A stretch of DNA of 21,319 bases from a virus: the IMG/VR virus record IMGVR_UViG_3300025659_000030. One strand, 5' to 3'. The first letter of the stretch is position 1. Each line of letters starts with the position of its first letter. The notes under the pieces were generated by a model, which saw only the letters and a program-made list of their open reading frames with translations, had not been told where the DNA came from and made no database searches. Shown piece by piece: positions 16,654 through 21,319 of the stretch. The translations under genes and the position numbers were made by a program.

Positions 16654-16908
16654 TTAATTAAACCGATTTATAAAACTTCTATTAAAGAAATAAAAACAAG
16701 TTGCAAAGAATACATCATCCACAGGAGTTGCTTCTGGCCAATTGAAATTCCATACTACTGTGAATACCAACCATGGACTAAACAACATAGCGGCTTTTAA
16801 AATTCCACTCCATTGTCCTTTTCGTTCCGGTAGTAGATGTTCATTCTTTATACGTATGAACGGTGTTCCATCATCATACCTTTTTATCACTCTACCCCAG
16901 TCACCCAT
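16654..16908 (-). CDS. Small membrane protein (84 aa, one or two hydrophobic segments)
   Basis: ILKAAMLFSPWLVFTVVWNF and VFFATCFYFF; TAATG-coupled to the AAA ATPase. Confidence 0.7.
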   Translation of the reverse strand: MGDWGRVIKRYDDGTPFIRIKNEHLLPERKGQWSGILKAAMLFSPWLVFTVVWNFNWPEATPVDDVFFATCFYFFNRSFINRFN

Positions 16909-17906
16909 TATACAAACCCAGTACTTTTCTTCCCACGAAATTCTTTTTCGTAACTCTCAGAGTGCTCGTGTTTAGCTCGCATGAGATTAATCCGGTCAAC
17001 TGTATCATCGCAGTCTAAATCGAAAACCTCAACTGCGATAATTAATTCTTTGAGATGTGCGAGTGTCCACCCATCAGTTTCTTTAGCCCAACCTTTAATT
17101 TGTGGTTTAGATAAATTTTTAGATTTCTCTGTTAGATAAAGTATTCTATCTTTCAGGGAAGGAACGCCCACATAAGAAACTCTATCGAACCTTGATGGTC
17201 TGTTGATTATTCTATCAGGTAAATCTTCGGGGTAGTTCGTCGTAGCAATTACAATAGTATTTGAATGTTGAATCGAACCATCTAAGAATTCTAATACGGC
17301 CTGTTCTTCATGCCTATCTTTAATTAGCGAATCAATATCTTCCATTACGATAAGTACTTTCCTATCTGGTTCTATATTTTTAAATGATCGGAGTGCACTC
17401 ATTAAATTGTAATTAAATATAAATACTACATTTCCTTGTGATATAAAATCTTTGATGATAAAGGAAACAGTACAAGTCTTACCACCACCTGGTGGGCCCC
17501 ATAAAAGAAATCCACGTTTGTGTGGTTCTCCACGATCCAAATATCTATCCTTCATTGTCCAGAAAGTATCGAACTCATCTATAACGGTATCTGCCATTGA
17601 ATCTGGAAATCTAATCAATTCACTAATATCCAAACTTTCCTTACTGAAAAAATTTCCGAATTGGTCATCTTGTGCCTTGTATAAGCCAGGTGGTAAAATA
17701 TCAATTGTTTTAGAAGATGGTCTAAAGTTAGAACCTTGTTCTATATTGTATTGACAGAAATATTGTTCTCTAGTTTTCCCCGATATGTCATCAATTTCTT
17801 CGAATTCGCAACCATCCCACAAGTCTGGTGGTACATCTAGTTTAGGTATATTGGTTGTTCTCATAGATTCCAATACTTTTTCTAAACTTTTTTTTCTTTT
17901 TGCCAT
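16908..17906 (-). CDS. AAA+ ATPase of the classical clade, single module, no protease domain (332 aa)
   Basis: Walker A GPPGGGKT, Walker B VLIVMEDID, second region of homology ATTNYPEDLPDRIINRPSRFDR with arginine fingers. Confidence 0.92.
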   Translation of the reverse strand: MAKRKKSLEKVLESMRTTNIPKLDVPPDLWDGCEFEEIDDISGKTREQYFCQYNIEQGSNFRPSSKTIDILPPGLYKAQDDQFGNFFSKESLDISELIRFPDSMADTVIDEFDTFWTMKDRYLDRGEPHKRGFLLWGPPGGGKTCTVSFIIKDFISQGNVVFIFNYNLMSALRSFKNIEPDRKVLIVMEDIDSLIKDRHEEQAVLEFLDGSIQHSNTIVIATTNYPEDLPDRIINRPSRFDRVSYVGVPSLKDRILYLTEKSKNLSKPQIKGWAKETDGWTLAHLKELIIAVEVFDLDCDDTVDRINLMRAKHEHSESYEKEFRGKKSTGFV

Positions 17907-17943
17907 TTTTTACTTCCTTATTATTTTCAAATTAAATTCTTTA

Positions 17944-17951
17944 ATAAATAT
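17944..17951 (-). promoter_or_regulatory. ATATTTAT motif, candidate late promoter for the AAA+ operon
   Basis: Sense-strand ATATTTAT about 38 nt upstream of ATG 17906. Confidence 0.5.
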
Positions 17952-18010
17952 ATCAATCCACACCGAAACACCAAGATAAATGTTGGTATTAAAAATTAAT
18001 CAATTTACTT

Positions 18011-19318
18011 TTATACTTCCCGAATACCATCTTCAAATACATGCTTTACTGTTGGGAAACGTAGTGATATTTTCCCAGTTTTATCAGTTGATTCTTCAAA
18101 ATACTGCACAGTTATTTCCTTTCCGAGAATTAAATTATTATCATTATAATATCTATGTCGTTGGTCTAAACTAAATCCAGACCCAACAGATACTACTTCA
18201 CCCTTATGCTCTATAATCACATTGGTTAATGTTTCTATCGTTTCTTCCAACCCAGTTTCTTTACTAATAATTCTGAACGGTCCTGTTTCTACTCGTATAA
18301 CTTTGTATTCGGCATCAAACATCTTCTTTACTTTGAGTAAATTTCTTGTCCGTTTACCTTCATACTCATAATCACGACGAACCATAATACCTTCCCAACC
18401 TTTATCATTCGCCATATCTAACAATTCAATAATTTCAGCTTCACCATTTTTAATGAGAGTCATTTCTAATCGCTCTATGTAAGTAGAAACACCTAAATCA
18501 TTCCAGGGCATTCTTTCGGTCAATGTTACATCTGATTTTTTAGAATCAAATTCATCGAGTGTTAAGCAATCAAACACTATATATTTTGGATTTTCGATTG
18601 TGTAATCTTTTTTTCTAATTTGACTTACTACCGCCGTAAAATCTTCGTTTCCGTTATCATCAACAATACACATTTCACCATCTAAAACAAAATTATTAAA
18701 TCTCATATTTTCTAATGCTGTTTTGACTTTGGATAGTGTGTGGAATTCTTTTCCCTTTCGTGAATAAAAAGTTACCACCCCGTTTTCTTTACGTGTAATA
18801 ACTCGCACACCATCTAACTTACGAGTCCAATACCAATCTTCTGTATCCCAATTTATTTTGTGAGCGTGGTCTTCGTATTTGTGAGCTAATGCTACATCAA
18901 ATGTTGGAATCAAACCCGGAAATACTTTATTGATTACCTTGGCATCTGTCCGAGTTTTTAAATTCTTCTCCAATATATTATAAATCAATTCTTTATATTC
19001 TGAATATGTTTTTATAAATCCATTTGTTACTGATATTGCTTTATGTCCAGTAATTTCTCTGTTAGATAACATATCCAATAATTCAAATAAATCCGTGATA
19101 GTGTTCTCAAATAAATGAGAATTCTTTTGTAAATTTTTAGGGGATACTCCAAACATTCTATATGGGTCATATGTATATAATAACACATTTTTTAATGTGG
19201 GATATTTTGAGAGTATATCTATTTTATCATTTTTAGAATTTGTAGAATTTAACTCAATTGTCATATCCTTTAATTCACTTAGTATATGTTCTGTATTCAT
19301 TTTTCTTCTTTTAAACAT
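18011..19318 (-). CDS. lig: ATP-dependent DNA ligase (about 430 aa)
   Basis: Motifs I RKLDGVR, III VLDGEMC, IIIa YIVFDCL, IV WEGIMVR, V LLKVKK, the VSVGSGF OB-domain motif and VI SLRFPT. The start is 19318 or 19300. Confidence 0.95.
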   Translation of the reverse strand: MFKRRKMNTEHILSELKDMTIELNSTNSKNDKIDILSKYPTLKNVLLYTYDPYRMFGVSPKNLQKNSHLFENTITDLFELLDMLSNREITGHKAISVTNGFIKTYSEYKELIYNILEKNLKTRTDAKVINKVFPGLIPTFDVALAHKYEDHAHKINWDTEDWYWTRKLDGVRVITRKENGVVTFYSRKGKEFHTLSKVKTALENMRFNNFVLDGEMCIVDDNGNEDFTAVVSQIRKKDYTIENPKYIVFDCLTLDEFDSKKSDVTLTERMPWNDLGVSTYIERLEMTLIKNGEAEIIELLDMANDKGWEGIMVRRDYEYEGKRTRNLLKVKKMFDAEYKVIRVETGPFRIISKETGLEETIETLTNVIIEHKGEVVSVGSGFSLDQRHRYYNDNNLILGKEITVQYFEESTDKTGKISLRFPTVKHVFEDGIREV

Positions 19319-19508
19319 TCCACTCTAAATTTTCATCTATAATCACCGGTTGAGCGACAGGCGTCAAACAGTATATTTCTCCACGTGCAGTCAACCACTC
19401 ATTCAGTATAAATGCTCTTACTTCATCGCGATCAAGTGCTGTAATAAAATAAATACTTTCAGTATCCCCTCTATCTCGTCTAAATTGTATGTAATATGAA
19501 TAATACAT
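19311..19508 (-). CDS. Hypothetical protein (65 aa)
   Basis: First ORF after a consensus sigma70 promoter; AAGGA upstream; overlaps the ligase start. Confidence 0.65.
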   Translation of the reverse strand: MYYSYYIQFRRDRGDTESIYFITALDRDEVRAFILNEWLTARGEIYCLTPVAQPVIIDENLEWNV

Positions 19509-19537
19509 TTGTTGTTTTTCCTTTTTTGTTACGACGT

Positions 19538-19566
19538 AATATACGACAAATATTTGGTAATGTCAA
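19538..19566 (-). promoter_or_regulatory. sigma70-type early promoter (TTGACA-17 nt-TATATT)
   Basis: Perfect -35 at 19566-19561, -10 at 19543-19538, 17-nt spacer, in the intergenic gap upstream of the ligase operon. Confidence 0.85.
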
Positions 19567-19574
19567 GTACTTTA

Positions 19575-19868
19575 TTAATCTTCTTTTAGAAACAACATAA
19601 ATAACAAAACCATTTCACCCTCGGTGTGCCAAGTTTTATAATCTTCAGTAAGGTTGAAAATATTGACACCTGAAAAATCTTCATTGGACATTAATACTGG
19701 GTCGTATGAATCACCAAACTCATATGTATAGTAATATGATGGTTCTACTTCCCCACTTTCTTCTGTAGATACATCTGTTCGATCAAATCCATAATCTATA
19801 AATGTCCTTTCAGTTATTTTAGTTTCGTTCATAAACGGTACTAATTCTTCAATCGCTACTGTCTGCAT
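19575..19868 (-). CDS. Hypothetical acidic protein (97 aa)
   Basis: AAGGAG RBS before ATG 19868. Confidence 0.7.
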   Translation of the reverse strand: MQTVAIEELVPFMNETKITERTFIDYGFDRTDVSTEESGEVEPSYYYTYEFGDSYDPVLMSNEDFSGVNIFNLTEDYKTWHTEGEMVLLFMLFLKED

Positions 19869-20292
19869 AATACTCCTTTAATATTTCCTTCGCAGATTTG
19901 ATTCCCAAGTCCATCTCACTTTGAGTATCTTGAATCCACTTGATTAATTCTAATATGTCTTGTTTATAAAACAATGGGTCACTGTGCTGAGATTCTTCGA
20001 GATACATAATTTTACCCTTGCCATCCGTTAAATCTATTCCTTCACAATCTATACGTTTGTAGAAAATTAACTCTTCTTCTAATTTTTTAATTTGTCTTAC
20101 GTGGGCTTCGTGTGATTCACCAAGTTCAGTGTAAGCATCAAGTCCTACTTTTGGTATTGTATCATCTGGTTCTGTGTAAGATAGACACGCACAGAATTTA
20201 CAAAAGTAATCCCCCATGAAATCATGTGCACCTAATTTTCCACAGTTATCACATTTTGCATCTTTATCATACAACATTTCTCTATTTTCCAT
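19849..20292 (-). CDS. Hypothetical protein with an N-terminal CxxC...CxxC zinc finger and a coiled coil (147 aa)
   Basis: CDNC-x13-CKFC; AGGAG RBS. Confidence 0.7.
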   Translation of the reverse strand: MENREMLYDKDAKCDNCGKLGAHDFMGDYFCKFCACLSYTEPDDTIPKVGLDAYTELGESHEAHVRQIKKLEEELIFYKRIDCEGIDLTDGKGKIMYLEESQHSDPLFYKQDILELIKWIQDTQSEMDLGIKSAKEILKEYYADSSD

Positions 20293-20315
20293 TTTGTTTC
20301 TCCTTTATTTCATCT

Positions 20316-20507
20316 CTAATAACCATCATAATCTCTCTCTTTTAATTCTGGAAACAACCTTGTTAATTTTGAATTGTCAGGATATTTTATTTTCATTTCC
20401 AATTGTTTAACATAAACGGATACATCATAAGGTACTTCGTACATCTCACGCTTTTCTGTTTTTTGATTATAGCAATTTATATAATGTGTACCGTTACTTT
20501 TTTTCAT
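20316..20507 (-). CDS. Hypothetical protein (63 aa)
   Basis: Tightly packed ORF on the coding strand. Confidence 0.65.
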   Translation of the reverse strand: MKKSNGTHYINCYNQKTEKREMYEVPYDVSVYVKQLEMKIKYPDNSKLTRLFPELKERDYDGY

Positions 20508-20805
20508 TTAAATACCACTCCGGCTGTTTACTACACCAAGAATAATTCAAAAGAAACATATCAACTGCTCTTTCACAATCAGCTTTTTTCATATAACTAC
20601 TATCACATACTTCTCGTTGTGCTGGTTTTATTTTATGCAAGTAATTAACCATCCAATGTTTGAATTCTTTTTCTGTTTCTTCAGACCAAGTATGTTTAAA
20701 GAACCAATTATCTTCTTGCATATCAATATCATTATAATTTACTCCTGCAAATAAACACATTGTGTTTAAAATAATATTGAGATGTGTACCATATTCTTTT
20801 TTCAT
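20494..20805 (-). CDS. Hypothetical protein (about 103 aa)
   Basis: The likely start is ATG 20805, via TAATG coupling; the alternative is 20817. Confidence 0.7.
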   Translation of the reverse strand: MKKEYGTHLNIILNTMCLFAGVNYNDIDMQEDNWFFKHTWSEETEKEFKHWMVNYLHKIKPAQREVCDSSYMKKADCERAVDMFLLNYSWCSKQPEWYLNEKK

Positions 20806-21131
20806 TACAGCCCCCATACTCTATTTTTATCATAGATGAATTCAACTCCATCATAATCATATATATCCCAATCAACATCATCAGGTATTTCTAACACATC
20901 TAATGCTGAATAACGTCCGTTAGCATCTTCACCCAACTTTTCAACTACTTTTACTAAATTTTCATCATCACGGTTCAAATCCCACACAAAAAATGTATAC
21001 TTACCAACACCAAACTTATCATCTTTAGCGGTCAACTCTAATTCTATACCAGACAAATCAGCATATTTTTCAATAGCCAAATCCGACAATCCAAATCCAC
21101 CAAAACATCTGTTTATTACTATTTTTTTCAT
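20805..21131 (-). CDS. Phage hypothetical protein of the KIVINxCxGGFGLS type (108 aa)
   Basis: MKKIVINRCFGGFGLS...RDDENLVKVVEKLG...EIPDDVDW.I.DYDG.E is a pattern I recognise from many phage genomes; function unknown; AGGAG RBS. Confidence 0.8.
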   Translation of the reverse strand: MKKIVINRCFGGFGLSDLAIEKYADLSGIELELTAKDDKFGVGKYTFFVWDLNRDDENLVKVVEKLGEDANGRYSALDVLEIPDDVDWDIYDYDGVEFIYDKNRVWGL

Positions 21132-21301
21132 TATATCAAACTCCTAATTAATGTGAATAATCCAACTAATCCAAGTCCAGAGAATATACCAAAGTAAAAT
21201 CCTTTACGTTGGAATGTTTCTGCTACTGCTATCAAATCCCACTGTGATACTGATACTTCTTTATCCATATCTTCTGTATTATTTATTTCCGGGAAATTCA
21301 T
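21131..21301 (-). CDS. Small protein with a C-terminal transmembrane helix (56 aa)
   Basis: Below the ORF-track cut-off. GAGG RBS, ATG 21301, MNFPEINN...GFYFGIFSGLGLVGLFTLIRSLI*, TAATG overlap with the next gene. Confidence 0.7.
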   Translation of the reverse strand: MNFPEINNTEDMDKEVSVSQWDLIAVAETFQRKGFYFGIFSGLGLVGLFTLIRSLI

Positions 21302-21319
21302 TTTACCACCTCTAATTTT

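Noticed and set aside
77-20648. The many plus-strand ORFs in the track other than 10217-10438
   Set aside because: They are antisense shadows of well-supported minus-strand genes, lack RBSs, and show no recognisable motifs.
1-21319. CRISPR array, transposase/integrase, intron, intein, or smpB gene
   Set aside because: I found no regularly spaced repeats, no such protein motifs, no interrupted conserved genes apart from the FmdB-like frameshift, and no SmpB-like ORF in this window.

Overview
AT-rich segment of a large lytic myophage genome, read in the standard genetic code. All genes but one are on the minus strand, and many are coupled by TAATG/TAGTG/ATGA overlaps. From left to right: (1) a tail/baseplate operon (1-9997) with a partial carbohydrate-binding-like tail protein, a DNRLRE-like protein, gp6-like and gp25-like wedge proteins, an unusual Cys-repeat/amphipathic protein and a gp5/gpV-like hub; (2) a single divergent plus-strand membrane gene with a bidirectional terminator; (3) an operon of 3D-domain protein, HD hydrolase and phage sigma factor behind a sigma70-type promoter; (4) an acidic micro-ORF, a complete tmRNA and an amino-DNA methyltransferase, separated by only 6 nt each; (5) an operon of AAA+ ATPase, 2-TM protein, a frameshifted FmdB-like zinc ribbon and an IMPDH/GMP-reductase-family enzyme; (6) an ATP-dependent DNA ligase and small early-type genes. 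The most striking element is the phage tmRNA (about 430 nt), missed by the ORF track. Its tRNA-like domain, helix 2 and pseudoknots are intact, but its predicted tag is about 39 aa and ends in YALAA. It lies downstream of an ATATTTAT motif that also precedes the structural operon and the AAA+ operon, which makes that motif a candidate late promoter. All family assignments come from recognising motifs by eye; no searches were run.
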